A stretch of 64,000 nt of DNA, taken from Octopus sinensis (taxonomy: Eukaryota). The notes under the pieces were generated by a model that was given only the letters and a program-made list of their open reading frames with translations, had not been told where the DNA came from and did no database searches. This document shows, in pieces, positions 1 through 13,435 of the stretch (positions are counted from its first letter, which is position 1; every line of letters starts with the position of its first letter). The stretch is taken from contig NC_043009.1 of the NCBI RefSeq assembly GCF_006345805.1, forward strand, positions 39,680,001-39,744,000, given 5' to 3'. The translations under genes were made by a program, and so were the position numbers.

Positions 1-301
1 TAAAATTGTATTTTATGTATTTATTCCGACTATTTCCATACTTTTTTAAAGCTATATATTTGCATTACAGCATATTTTTTTAGTTGTTTTCCCATTTTTT
101 ATTTATTATTTATTTATGTGTTAAACCATCCAAAGGACGGGTGCGTTTGCTAGTATATATATATATATTTATTTATTTGTGTGTGTGTGTGTGTGTGTGT
201 TTGCATGTATGTATATAACTATGTGTATGTATCTTTGTAATTAATATATGTGTGTGTATATTATATGTATATATTTATATGCATTTATGTGTATATATGT
301 G

Positions 302-343
<42 letters not shown>

Positions 344-562
344 CGTGTACTGAATGAAGACTGATACCAAGTCCATATTCTGGTTACTTAATCAATTCGT
401 ATTATCTCAACTAATACAGCGTAATTCCTGACGTAGATCCAACTGAAACATACCTCAACGGCGGGTGAGACCAGGTAACCCAAACCGTGCCGGTGTTCTT
501 CTCAACACTTCAACACACTAGTTGATATATACTCATTAGACCAAAGTATACACACACACACT

Positions 563-603
<41 letters not shown>

Positions 604-739
604 GCGTTATATACAGGTTGGGTTTCTGGATTTGTTTTACCTTTCTTGCTTTTCCTCATGTTAGGTTATAGGGAAGGGTCTTATACTATAGAAATTATTA
701 GTTTGTTATATATTAAGAATATATAACCAAGGAGTATTA

Positions 740-1050
740 CTCAATGTTTAGGGCACCAGGTTCGCTATTGTGAGGTAATGAGTTTGATTCCCTGACTAGG
801 CTGTATGTTGCGTTCTTGAGCAAGAATCTTTATTCACTCAGTTGTATAAATGAGCTGTGAAGTCACTGCGAAGCTGAATCAGGCTTTGTCTTTTCCTTGG
901 ATAATATCAGTGTTATGGTGAGCAGAGGCAGGTAAGCATGGGCGATGCTGGTCTTCCATAAACAACCTTGCTCGGACTTGTGCTTCGGAGAGGAACTTTC
1001 TAGGTGCAATCCCATGGTCATTGATGACCGAAGGGGGTCTTTAACCTTTA
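740..1050 (+). mobile_element. Decayed tRNA-derived SINE (family D)
   Basis: A/B-box-like head (AGTTTGATTCCC) followed by TTGCGTTCTTGAGCAAGAATCTT...TTCACTCAG, similar to the copy at 29988. Confidence 0.6.
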
Positions 1051-1053
1051 TAC

Positions 1054-1086
<33 letters not shown>

Positions 1087-4000
1087 TATAAATATTTATT
1101 GTATTTTTTGTTGTTGTTTGCTTTTTTGGTAATGCTACCGTTTTATTTTTTTTCACTTCTGGTTACCTAAAAGGAGCGTCACGGATAGTATAGATCGTTG
1201 TACATAACATCTGAAAGCAAAATGAAAAACAGTCCCAACAAAAAGATCTTGTAATCATACGCTTATTTGATAAAAAAAAAAAACTACGGATAGCCAATAA
1301 GTAATCCAACAAGAACATCAAAAATATCTCTAGGATTCTCGCTCGATTTTGTTGTTAGCGAGCTAGATTGGTATCTCACGCCAGAATGTACAGGCGAGTA
1401 GTAACATTCTTTTCAGGAAATTCTACGTGGTATTGGAATCAAATAAACGATGTCAGCTATTTAAAATATTTTTACATAATCCTTGCTATTATATTTCACA
1501 GATAAGATAAGTTTTGTCACACCCATCTACTGAAGTAGGCTGTATCTGGTAGTAAAATCGCTAGAGTATTGAACACATTAGTCTGTGATCTTTGGTTTCG
1601 TCCTTTTATCTTCTGAGATCAAATCCCTCCTACGTCGAATTTACAACTCAATTATGAAAAGAACCTCCTGGGATTAATATAATAAATTATATCATTGAAA
1701 GCTGTTACTCCAGTATGACCATAGTATAATAACTAACGCTGGTAAAAAGAAACACAAATAAAAAAACAATTACATGCATCATTTGACGATGCTATCACTT
1801 TACATAAGCTTATTGGTAGCCATGATAAGTTACTGTCCTTTGCAATGCATTAATCTTCATGGAATGAATATATGTATGAACACGGGTTTGCAATCGGATG
1901 ATGCAATGCAGTGTAGAACTAAATAACTCGATTAGTTTGCCTGCAGTGATCCTTAAATGTATTGGTAGGGCTTAACTCGAAGAAATACAGGGCAAAACTA
2001 AATTAGTATAATATTTGTGCTTTAGTTTCTCTCCTAAATTCAAAGCCCTCACTACCAATAGTATATGGAAATCGTATTCAAGGGCAATGTACAATGCTGC
2101 AGCAGTTTTTCTTGTTGTTGCTCTTGTTGTTTTCTTTGTCTTTTAACTCCTGTCAATCCACTTACGACCATCATGTTCTCTTTAGACATCATCCAATGTG
2201 CTTTTTCAATTTAGGACAGTAGGATGTGTGCATTGAAGGAGACTTGGCTACTGCTTCCAGTCGGTCGAGCAACAATTGTAGCAGCTCCCTGAAATCAATG
2301 TAGTTTTTTTAATCTCCGGGTCAAACCATCGAACCAACAGTCAACGGTGTTTCAGCTATAATCAGTACGCCATTTTACAGATATCCAGGTCTATCTCAAC
2401 CGATGTATCCTTTGTTGTGTGTAATACAGTGGGGTAGGATTCGTGAGCTATTTGGCCGCTATTTCATGCAGGTCGAACAACCATATATCCATTCCTTTGT
2501 GGACTCTTCAAATTAATGTCGGTACGCTGTACAGATGATCTAATTGACCTCCATATGATACTGCTATCAACGCCGAACAGATGAAAACCGAAAGTGACTC
2601 TGGTATTATTTGAAATCAACGCGAAGAAGGCAGAGGTTTAAATATATTACACATTTAGTCCTGACCTCTGCCTTGTCTGTCGAATGAACTATCATTTATT
2701 AGCCAATGATATTGGCAGAAATGAAGAAAACACTAATATTAACTATAATAACCACGATAAAAGGATGTTGTCAGCTCTGCGCTGGGAATAATTTTAACAT
2801 TCAAATACATCGTATTGATAAAATTTATACTAGTAATAAAATGGTATTATGCAATTAAAGCAGAGTGAAATAATTAAAGTCATTATCAGCCATTCATGCT
2901 ATTGTCAGATATAAATATATAATTTAAATTTAATGCTACAACCCATTTTAGCTGTATGCCGTTCTGAGCTCAATAAAAGGAATGTGTAACTTGAGCTTGT
3001 TCGAAATTAATAAAAGTTAAACACGAGTCTTGAATTGGTTTGGAATTTTTGAATTTATAGAAAATATCATACCGAGTAAAAAGTTAAAAACGAAAACTAA
3101 ATAATTTCATTTTTATGTATATAGACATAAAATTGTTATGCAATTGTTCGGCTCTTCCCTCTTACAAATATACTAAAGCGTGAGATAACTGATGATAAAT
3201 TTCATGATAATGTGCAATAAGTTTAGGAAGAAAAACTAATTGGTGTCAAAGTGTATAAGTTAAAGTGGTAAATCCCGATGGTGACTGCACTGGAGATATT
3301 GTCATATAATAGTCGAGGGGCATGATGGAATTTATAAATAACAAAAATATTATTCTTCGTCAAGGAACATATATAGGAAGCCTATATTACGGAACGGGAT
3401 GTGCATGTGCTTATTGTATATTAGTGCATCTTCCAGTGTCTGTGTAAATTTATGTGAGGAAGTAGACGAGCACAATAGAGTTTGATAACTTCCTTGAATC
3501 ATATCTAAACGTTTCTGAGGACCAGACAAAATTTGATTGCTAGAAGCCGAACATACCCAACATAACTACAGGATACATAAGGGCAAGAGGCCTTTGTTGA
3601 GGTGGCAAATAATCTCCCTAAACTGTCGGAGCTTGAAGATAAAAGACTTTATGGCTCAGCCGTTTTGGCACCGCCTATTTGGCGTTGTTGATTCGGTGCT
3701 GACTTATTTGACAGCAGACATTTTAATGTTTCTCTCGTTTTAATGTTTCCCCATTGACACTTCCATTTCTAGCTTCCTGTCGTCTGCCTGTCTGTCTGCC
3801 TCTATCCCTCTATGTCTATGTTTATGTGAATAAGCATATAGTTTATAATTGTATATATGAGTAATATTCTCTCCCCGACCTCTCTCTCTCTTTTGCTTTC
3901 AAGATTTCGTTTATTTCTTCGTTGACTTTTTTGCAACCAACAGTAATTTCTCCACAACCTCCACTACCATAATCGTCGCCATTATCATCATCATGTCTGT

Positions 4001-5129
4001 GTTTGTATAGCTTATGTAATCTTGCTCATTCTCTCTCTCCTCTCTCTCTCATTTTATCTGTATAAAAAATATTTCTTCGCACATGCACCATTTTGCCTCC
4101 ACCACCAAAGCGTATATATACCAAACAGCCACGTCAAGACGTCAGTGTCCAGGCAGCTGCGTCTCATCGGCTCACTCCAGCTGCATGCTTATCGGAATAA
4201 CTCAACACAAGCGTTAAATATGGCATTAATATTGTTGTGTGTAGTAATTTTTAAATGTTCAAGTTTATAAAGTTTATTTTTGTGTGCAAAGAGTCATGTG
4301 TTTTTATGTGTATTCTGTGCGGACCTGTGATGTTGGAAATGGAAATAATAACGGTATTTCCTGTAGTTATAACTGACGTTATTGTTTTGCCATTGTTTTC
4401 GTTTCTGTAATGTTGGGTATTTTTTGAAGTCTTTGCGTATAGTGTTTTGTGATTGTGTCCTGGTGGTTTTTATGGAAATTTTGATTTTGTGCACAGTCAC
4501 GGCTCTTGTCGTTCTTTGATGGCATTCTGTCGTGCGGGAAAAATAAATTCTCAGTGACCAATTTTCATCGTTCGACTCTCCATTAAGTCAGAATTACTGG
4601 TATATTTATCTCCACTTTTCGGAGAGCAGTGTAATATTTGAAAAATATTTCGCTTCAATTTAAACAGATCGAAGAAACGTGTAGTGGTCGTTTCTGCGGC
4701 TGGTAGAATATATGTATAATGTGTTATTATAGCATAGATACGACCGACCGTGTGTGAATATGTGAATATGTTTTTGTTGGTGAGTGATTCAGTTTGTTTG
4801 TGTAACTCGTGAATTTATTTATTAGATATTGTAAACTTATTTAGATTTATTATTATTATTTAAACATTACAATTGCCTCTTCTCTGCTTTTAAAAAGATT
4901 TTTTAAAAATATATTTCAGAATACATGTTCATTGCTGCGCAGATCTTATCTGGTAAAATAAAAATGTTAAGTATTTTTGCTGATAGCTTCCAAAATATCT
5001 GAAGTGTACTTTAGATTTTTGAAAAACCTTCAGTTTTATTATTATTCTTTTTCTTTTGCTTTCAAGGAGATTTCATATATTTTTTTTTTGTTGGGTTTTA
5101 TCGCAACGAACAGTAATTTTACTACACCA

Positions 5130-5156
5130 CCATCATAATAATCGTCCTCCTCATCC

Positions 5157-5189
<33 letters not shown>

Positions 5190-5270
5190 ACATCATCATC
5201 AACGTCATCATGATCATGATCATCATCTTCACCACAATCGTCGGCGTCGTCATCATCATCATCATTATCA

Positions 5271-5301
<31 letters not shown>

Positions 5302-5603
5302 TTATCATCATCATCATCATCATCACGACCATCGTCGTCGTCGTTGTCGTCATCATCATCATCATCACCACCACCGTCGAAATCAATAACGTCTCTTGCA
5401 TTTTTTTTTTTTTATATAAAGAATTTTATTTAAAGAAAATTTTTAATTCTTTAGATTTTCGCAACTGCACGCTTTGGTTGGTTTTCCCAGTTCTGTAGAG
5501 ACATAATCAACCAAATTCTTCATAGGAATGAGATTAAATATATTTCCTCTCTGAACATCTGAGATTTACTTTGCAATATTACATCGATTTCTTTTCTTTA
5601 CTG

Positions 5604-5653
<50 letters not shown>

Positions 5654-5666
5654 CACCACCACCACC

Positions 5667-5703
<37 letters not shown>

Positions 5704-5868
5704 GTAGTAGTTAGTACTACTACTACTACTGCCGCAACCACCACAACCTGGGTCTGAAATTTATGGTGGGAGATCTCGGCAGCATTTGAAATGAGAATGT
5801 AAATCCGGAAGATATGCTGATAAGCATTTTTTCCGGCATGCTAAAGATTCTGTCAGCCTGCTGTCTGA

Positions 5869-5929
<61 letters not shown>

Positions 5930-6545
5930 TTGATAATAATAATTAGAATAGAATGCCATGATGCAGTACCAATAATAATAATGGTTTCGAATTTTGGCAC
6001 AAGAGCTGCAATTTGGAGAAAGGGTTAAATCGATTACATCGACCCCAGTGTACAACTGGTATTTAATTTATTGACCCTGAAAGGATGAAAGGCAAACAAA
6101 ATTTGAACTCAGAATGTAGCAGCAGACGAGTATAATGATGATGATGATGATGATTATGATGATGTTGATGATGATGATGATGATGACGATGATGACGATG
6201 GTGACGATAATGTTGGTTTCAAATTGTGGCATCATACCAACAACAAAAAGAACAGCGAAAGCAACGGGTATAATAACAGCAATGTTAATGGTTGAAGAAG
6301 AAGAAGAAGAAGAAGAATAAGAATTAGTAGAAGTAGTAGTAGTAGTCGTAGTAGTAGTAGTAGTATTAGAGAAGAAGAAGAAGAAGGAAGAAGAAGAAGA
6401 AGAAGAAGAAGTAGAAGAAATGTGATGATGAAGAAGAAGACGAGAAGAAGACGACGACGAAGAAGAAGAAGAAGAAGAAGAAGAAGAAGAAGAAGAAGAA
6501 GAAGAAGAAGAAGAAGAAGAAGAAGAATGAGAAGAAGAAGAAAAT
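5130..6545. repeat. Compound trinucleotide microsatellite field: (CAT)n, (CTA)n/(CCA)n, (AAT)n, (GAT)n, (GAA)n
   Basis: Direct reading; accounts for the poly-M/D/H/S/I/Y ORFs in the track. Confidence 0.95.
5982..6130 (-). mobile_element. Family A SINE, 5'-truncated, tail B
   Basis: Reverse complement of TTCTGAGTTCAAAT...CCTTTCATCCTTTC...GATGTAATCGA...TTGTGCCAAAATTCGAAACC, ending in (ATT)n. Confidence 0.75.
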
Positions 6546-7259
6546 GTTGACGATGAAGTAGATGAATGGTTTTGGTACGTAGTGTTAAATATTATGGTGA
6601 CATAATGTCACGATAGTACAGCTTTCAATTAGAGATGAATGTCAACCATGATGGAATGCAGACATATGCTTTAATTACAGGTCTTGAGGCGAAAGTGCCT
6701 CATTATAACAATTGTTGCTAAATGCAATGAGTCTCTAGTCTTTAGATTTTCACAATGTGTAGGGTTCCATGCTGAAAGTGAATGATGACGGGAGATAACA
6801 TTCAGTTGCATAGACATTAAGTTCGATTAAACCTATCAATGTAAAAGAAGGTCGGATGGAGGAGCCTTGACCATATTTGTTCTGATTTTGAAATTTTTAG
6901 TTCTGTCTTCCGTCCTCAGCTTTAACACCACCACTTGTCCCTTCGGTGCTTAAGCGGGCTATACTCTATTGTAAGCAGTTTGCATATAATTTCTTTCTAT
7001 CTTCCCATCAGCTTTTTTGGCCACCTGCATCTGGTGGCGAGAAAAACCTGATAGAAATATATGAAAAATAGACATATATTCACTTCCTGAATATATGGTA
7101 ACAAAAAATGAAGATGAATTCTTATTAAGACTGGGAAGAAAAGAGTAAAATATTTCTGTTTCTTCAATTTTTAAAAGGTGCGATCCTCTAAACGTATATA
7201 CATGAGGCATCAAGAATATCTGTATGCAATATGCTCTCCATTATTTCCAGAGGTCCCTT

Positions 7260-7338
<79 letters not shown>

Positions 7339-7535
7339 CTATCTATCTATCTATATATATATCTATATATATATATATATATATATACCTACCTATCTGT
7401 CTATCTATCTATCTATCTATCTATCTATTTATCTATCTACTACCTACCTACCTACCTAACTACCTACCTATCTATCTATATATCTATCTATCTATCTATC
7501 TATCTATCTACCTACCTACCTACCTACCTACCTAC

Positions 7536-7586
<51 letters not shown>

Positions 7587-7730
7587 CCTACCTACCTACC
7601 TACCTACCTACTTACCTACCTACCTATCTATCTATCTATCTATCTATCTGTCTATCAATCAATCTATCTATCTATCTATCTATCTACCTATCTATCTATC
7701 TACCTATCTATCTATCTATCTATCTATCAC
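7260..7730. repeat. (TATC)n/(TACC)n tetranucleotide array
   Basis: Direct reading. Confidence 0.95.
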
Positions 7731-8191
7731 ATGAACTTGCATTTCCTTTTATATATATATATATATATATAACTTCACAGAAAATGTGATGTTACATGAT
7801 TTATATTGAATATCATTCATATTTGATGACTCAGGATAAATTGTAGTGCGGGAGATGTATTGTTGGAAGCAATACGTACTGAGTGATATAACTATGTGAA
7901 CTATAAGATATCGCAATAAACGCTGTGACCTGGTTCTGATTCTACAGTTTTACAAACTACGAATGAATAGCTTATCCTTTGCACTTTCTACAGAGTTCTG
8001 ATATTTATGTAGTAATACACATGCCCACACACACATGCTCACGTATCTATGTATTTCCCTCTCTCCCTCTCTGCCTCTCTCTTTCTCTCTATAACTATAT
8101 ATATAAATGTATATATATATATATATATGTATGTATATATCTTCTAATACCAATCTCTGTTATTCTCACACACTCTATCTCCACACGCACG

Positions 8192-8226
<35 letters not shown>

Positions 8227-8234
8227 GCACATAT

Positions 8235-8420
8235 AGACGCAGGCGTGGCCGTGTGATAAGTAACTTGCTTCCCAACCACATCGTTTGGGTTTCACATTAA
8301 TTGTCTGGCACATTGGACAAGTATTTTCTTCTTTCGCCTAGGGCCGACCGAAGCCTTATCAGTTGATATGGTAGACGGAAACTGAAAGAAGTCGGGTATA
8401 TATATCTATATGTGTGTGTG

Positions 8421-8455
<35 letters not shown>

Positions 8456-8625
8456 GTGTGTGTGTATCTTTTTATCGCCACTACTGTTTAACGAGCAGTA
8501 TTGGTGTGTCTGCATCCCAGTAACCTAGCCCTTCGGGAAGAGAAGCCGATGCCGTAAGTACTAAAGATTCATGGTGGTGCACCAGCATGGTCGTACTCAA
8601 ATGACTGAAACATATAAAAGATAAA
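8235..8625 (+). mobile_element. Family C SINE (tRNA head, CORE-like CCTTGGGCAAGTGTCTT box, internal microsatellite), decayed
   Basis: Matches the 11826 copy: GGTAGACGGAAACTGAAAGAAG...CCAGCATGG...AATGACTGAAAC. Confidence 0.75.
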
Positions 8626-8959
8626 ACATGTATAAATGTATATCTATATATCTTTAGACACAAACACACGTGCACTCACACACACACATGCAGTAGGTTT
8701 TGTAGCGGTGACCAATGGCAGCGGTTGAGAGACAGTGACGCATAATCCGAGCGGTTATCCAGCTCATTTCATTGAAAAACAAGTGTTATGTTACTGCAAC
8801 CTTTCAAGTACAGAATAGGATATGAGGAGTCTTCGTCAGAAACGCATACTTATATGTATATATTACTACTATTCGAACAACCGCACAAATTGCTTAACTC
8901 AGTACACACACCACACACCTTCATGTACACTCCCTCACCAACACAAGCACGTAATACAT

Positions 8960-9359
8960 ATTTCTTTACTACCCACAAGGAACAGACAAGGAGAGACAAA
9001 CCGATTAAGTCGATTATATCGACTCCATTATGTAACTGGTACGTAATCCATCGACCCCGAAAAGATGAAAAGCAAAGTCGACTTTGGCGGAATTTGAACT
9101 CAGAACGTAGCGGCAGACGAAATACCTATTTCTTTACTACCCACAAGGGGCTAAACACAGAAAGGACAAACAAGTACAGAAAAACGGATTAAGTCGATTA
9201 CATCGACCCCAGTACGTAAGTGGTACTTAATTCATCGAGCCCGAAAGGATGAAAGGAAAAGTCGACCTCGGCGGAATTTGAACTCAGAACGTAGCGGCAG
9301 ACGAAACACCGCTAAGTATTTCGCCCGACGTGCTAACGTTTCTGCCAGCTCGCCGCCTT
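8960..9359 (-). mobile_element. Family A SINE, tandem double body with a single head
   Basis: Head GGCGGCGAGCTGGCAGAAACGTTAGC at 9357; tail-to-body junction GTAAAGAAATA|GGTATTTCGTC at about 9126. Confidence 0.9.
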
Positions 9360-9477
9360 AATTCTCAGAAATAGTAAACCGGAAAATGTTCGAATGTACT
9401 TTTTTTTTAAATGTTTCTCCCTTAGTCATCCGTTTTCATATCTGAATGCTGATAGCACAGCATCCTTGCGATTACCA

Positions 9478-9853
9478 TCACCACCACCACCACCACCACC
9501 ACCACCACCACCACCACAACCACAACCACAACTACCAATACCACATCCACCACCACCACCACCACCACCACAACAACCACCACAACTACCAATACCACAT
9601 CCGCGACCGCCACCACCAGCTCCACCACCAGCTCGACTATCGACGTGCCCCGTCGATGACGCTACAGCCACACCACCTTCACACCTACCAGCACCACCAG
9701 CACCACCAGCACCACCGCCACAAACACCAATACCACATCCACCACCACCACCACTACCATCGCCACCACCAGCTCCTCTATCGACGAGCCCCGTCCATGA
9801 CGCTACAGTCATACCACCTTCACACCTACCACCACCACCACCACCAACAACAA

Positions 9854-9910
<57 letters not shown>
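9478..9910. repeat. (CCA)n/(CTA)n compound repeat with an internal ~141-bp duplication
   Basis: CTATCGACG..CCCCGTC.ATGACGCTACAG occurs at 9637 and 9778. Confidence 0.85.
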
Positions 9911-10144
9911 CACGTATGTTGCAGTTGCTATAAAAAATGCTATGTATAGCAATTGCAATTAACATCTCTAGAATTAGCAGTAGGAACTGCTGTTGCAGTA
10001 GCTGCTTTGAAATAAGCGCACAGACCATTGCCTGTCAATTCCTGCCACTGCTTCATTGAGTGATGATGCAACACTTTACAAGGGATCACATCTGTTCAAA
10101 ACTGGGCTTTTGTTTCGTTCAAATAACTCAGATTATTATTATTA

Positions 10145-10190
<46 letters not shown>

Positions 10191-10281
10191 CATCATCATT
10201 TTTATTTTTAGTAGTAGTAGTAGCAGTAGTAGTAGTAGGGAAGGAGGAGGGCAGGGAAGGTGAGGAGTAATAATAAATTAG

Positions 10282-10735
10282 TGACCTGGTAGAATCGTTA
10301 GCACGCTAGACGAAAAGCTTAGCGGTATTTCCCCCATCGCGAGCTGGCAGAATCGTTAGCACGCCGGGCGAAATGCTTTGCCGTATTTCGTCCGCCGCTG
10401 CGTTCTGAGTTCAAATTCCGCCGAGGTCGACTTTGCCTTTCATCCTTTCGGGGTCGATAAATTAAGTACCAGTTACGCACTGGGGTCGATGTAATCGACT
10501 TAATACCTATGTCTGTCCTTGTTTGTCCCCTCTATGTTTAGCCCCTTGTGGGTAATAAAGAAATAGGTATTTTCCCCATCGCTACTTTCCGAGTTCAAAT
10601 TTTGCCGAGGTTGACTTTGCTTTTCCTCCTTTCGGAGTTTATATATTAAGTAGCAGTGAAACACTGGGTTCGATGTAATCAACTAGTCTCCTACTCACAA
10701 ATTCCAGGCCTTGTGCCTAAAGTAAAAAAAACGAT
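10282..10735 (+). mobile_element. Family A SINE (tail A) nested in an older family A SINE (tail B)
   Basis: Doubled head; 17-bp duplication GGTATTT(C/T)CCCCATCGC at 10324-10340 and 10566-10582. Confidence 0.9.
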
Positions 10736-10749
10736 TATTATCATTTGCT

Positions 10750-10780
<31 letters not shown>

Positions 10781-10781
10781 C

Positions 10782-10816
<35 letters not shown>

Positions 10817-11825
10817 CAGCAGTAGTAGTATTAGTAGTAGTAGTAGGAGGAGGAGGAGGAGGAGGACGAGGAGGAGGACGAGGAGGACGAGGAGGACGAG
10901 GAGGACGAGGAGGAGGAGGAGGTGAAGGAAGAGTAATAGTAAGGCAGCGAGCTGGCAGGATTGTTAGCGCGCTAGGCGAAATGCTTAGCGGTATCTGGCC
11001 CGTCTCTACGTTCTGAGTTCAAATTGTATCGAGGTCGATTTTCCTTTTATGCTTTCCGGGTCGATAAAATAAGTGGTGAACAGCGTGCGACCAAATAAGC
11101 AATTAAGAGAAACCTCGAAGTGAATTGGCTTCCATCGACAGGAATGGAGCGTACTGGGATGTTTGCTTTGTCATTGGAAAACAAGTAATAGCTGGGGTAA
11201 AGGTCGAATTGTTACACTAAAACAATAAAGCAGCTTGTTCCATAAAATATACGGAGTCGCGTAATACAAGATAACCGTATTTTTCCGGCCGTTGATCTTT
11301 GCTCCACTATGGCCTTTGCAACACAATATGGACAATATGTTATTGCCAATGTGTTAGAAATGACTCATCTTTTGGTGAGGCTAACATGAACATAATTTAA
11401 TGGACTCTGAGAACCGTAGATGCACTAAAGCTTTTAGGCGTGCAAAGTGAGGAATATAACCCCTGTGACATGCATGAGAGCGACAACTAAGTAAAGGGTT
11501 TTTTTTTAATGTGGATCCTGGAAAGCACAGGAGGAGAGGGAGTGGAAGGTTGCAGCAGCACAGGACCCAGAAACACTTTTGTCGTAGCTCGAAGTATTGA
11601 CCTTTTTCTCCTGTCCTAGGAGCATACGACTAGAAAGACAATTAATAAACAACGATCAAACTGGTAATCGAAATTCTTTTCCTCCTGGTATACCGCTCAA
11701 TTTTCTTTTAATGATGGAGGATTATTAGATAATGGATAAAGATGGCAATGTTTCGGATAATGATAATGCAGAAGAAAAGCAAGATATATATATGGGTTGA
11801 ATCATATAATTAGTTTATATATATA

Positions 11826-12215
11826 GGCGCAGGAGTGGCTGTGTGGTAAGTAGCTTGCTAACCAACCACATGGTTCCGGGTTCAGTTCCACTGCGTGGCA
11901 CCTTGGGCAAGTGTCTTCTGCTATAGCCCCGGGCCGACCAATGCCTTGTGAGTGGATTTGGTAGACGGAAACTGAAAAATATGTATGTATATACATATAT
12001 GTGTGTGTGTATGTGTTTGTGTGTCTGTGTTTGTCCCCCTGGCGTTGCTTGACAACCGATGCTGGTGTGTTTACGTCCCCGTCACTTAGCGGTTCGGCAA
12101 AAGAGACCGATAGAATAAGTACTGGGCTTACAAAGAATAAGTCCCGGGGTCGATTTGCTCGACTAAAGGCGGTGCTCCAGCATGGCCGCAGTCATATGAC
12201 TGAAACAAGTAAAAA
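11826..12215 (+). mobile_element. Family C SINE, near full length
   Basis: GGCGCAGGAGTGGCTGTGTGG head, GGTTCAGTTCC B-box-like motif, GTGGCACCTTGGGCAAGTGTCTT, central (TA)/(TG) tract, 3' ATGACTGAAACAAGTAAAAAGAG. Confidence 0.9.
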
Positions 12216-12964
12216 GAGCAAAAAAAAAAGAAGAGCATATATATATAATTCTAATTTTCACCACATCGTTTTTGTGAAGATGTGAGGTGTAACGTTCAAG
12301 TTATGCTGCTCATGATCGTTAGGATGTGGGTCCTATTCTCAGACCATGAGGCGCATTATATCATTAGGCAAGGCATATTTCGGGCTACTCCAGTTTAATT
12401 AGTTGAAAAATGACTACGTTCACTGATGATCGTTCAGTGAGTTCAGGTCTTGTACATTCATTCAAACGCCGCAGAAATCTGAAGAATTTCGGGTATCATG
12501 AGACACTAAGTTCGAGACTGGAAAAAGTTGCATCATCTTAATTTGTATTTTATATAATATGGAACACATGCGTGCTATCTTCCCTATCTTTCCTATCACA
12601 GCCTATACTCCTCAAAGCTGGCTGGTTTTATACCTGCATCACTCAGGCACCCTATACCTCACTTCTTTTCTTCAGTCTTGTTGCGTTCAATTTATTTTCC
12701 ACCCTGTACTATGCCTTATACCCAGTTCTTTCAGCTCAGAACATCATCCATCTAGAATCCTCTCTTGCTCATATCTTTATTGCAGGTATTGATTGGCCCG
12801 CAACGCATCAGACAAAACATTAAATGCATCAGTCGTCTCTGAGGGCCTGCACGAGCTATGTGAACTGCCTCTTCTTCCACACAAAAAAAGAACTAGTGTC
12901 GATATAATCGACTATCACATCCCTAAATGCCTGGCCTAAAACAAAAACAATTCTTCCTAAAATA

Positions 12965-13435
12965 TTAAACTGGCAGAATCGTTAAAGCGTTAGGAAAAAT
13001 GTATAGGGTAATTTTTCCCGGCGCGTTTTATCCTGTGCGCAAATCAGGCAGTGGTCAGTTTTGCTTTTCATTCTTCGGGGTCGATAACCTAAAGTACCAG
13101 TCAAGTACTAGATTGTCGATGTTAACGGCTAACGCCTTTCCTTAAGGTTTTCATTTATTTATTTACTTATTTGCTTTGTGCCTAAATGAGGAACCATTAT
13201 TATTTCAAGGGCGATGAGCTGGCAGAATCGGTAGCGCGTTCGACGAAATGCTGCTCAGTATTTTGTCCATTTTTGCATTCTGTTTCCAAATTCCGTTGAG
13301 GTCGACTTTGATTTTTATCATTTCGAGATTGATAGATTAATAAACAGTCAATTACTGGTATTGATGTAGTGACCCCCTACCAGAATAGCGCCCTACCGGA
13401 AAATTTCAAGCTTTATGCCTATAGTAGAAAGGATA
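12965..13435 (+). mobile_element. Two decayed family A SINE copies
   Basis: CTGGCAGAATCGTT heads at about 12970 and 13220; GTCGAT...AAGTACCAG bodies. Confidence 0.7.

Noticed and set aside
428-460. Hammerhead-like CTGACGT...GAAACATACCTC
   Set aside because: Core and cleavage triplet mutated; no stem I.
5042-7772. Poly-M/D/H/Y and IYLS-repeat ORFs
   Set aside because: Translations of tri- and tetranucleotide microsatellites; open in several frames.
9394-10028. Pro-, His-, Gly- or Thr-rich (mucin-like) ORFs
   Set aside because: All derive from (CCA)n; the Thr-rich frame has stops in both repeat units; no splice support.
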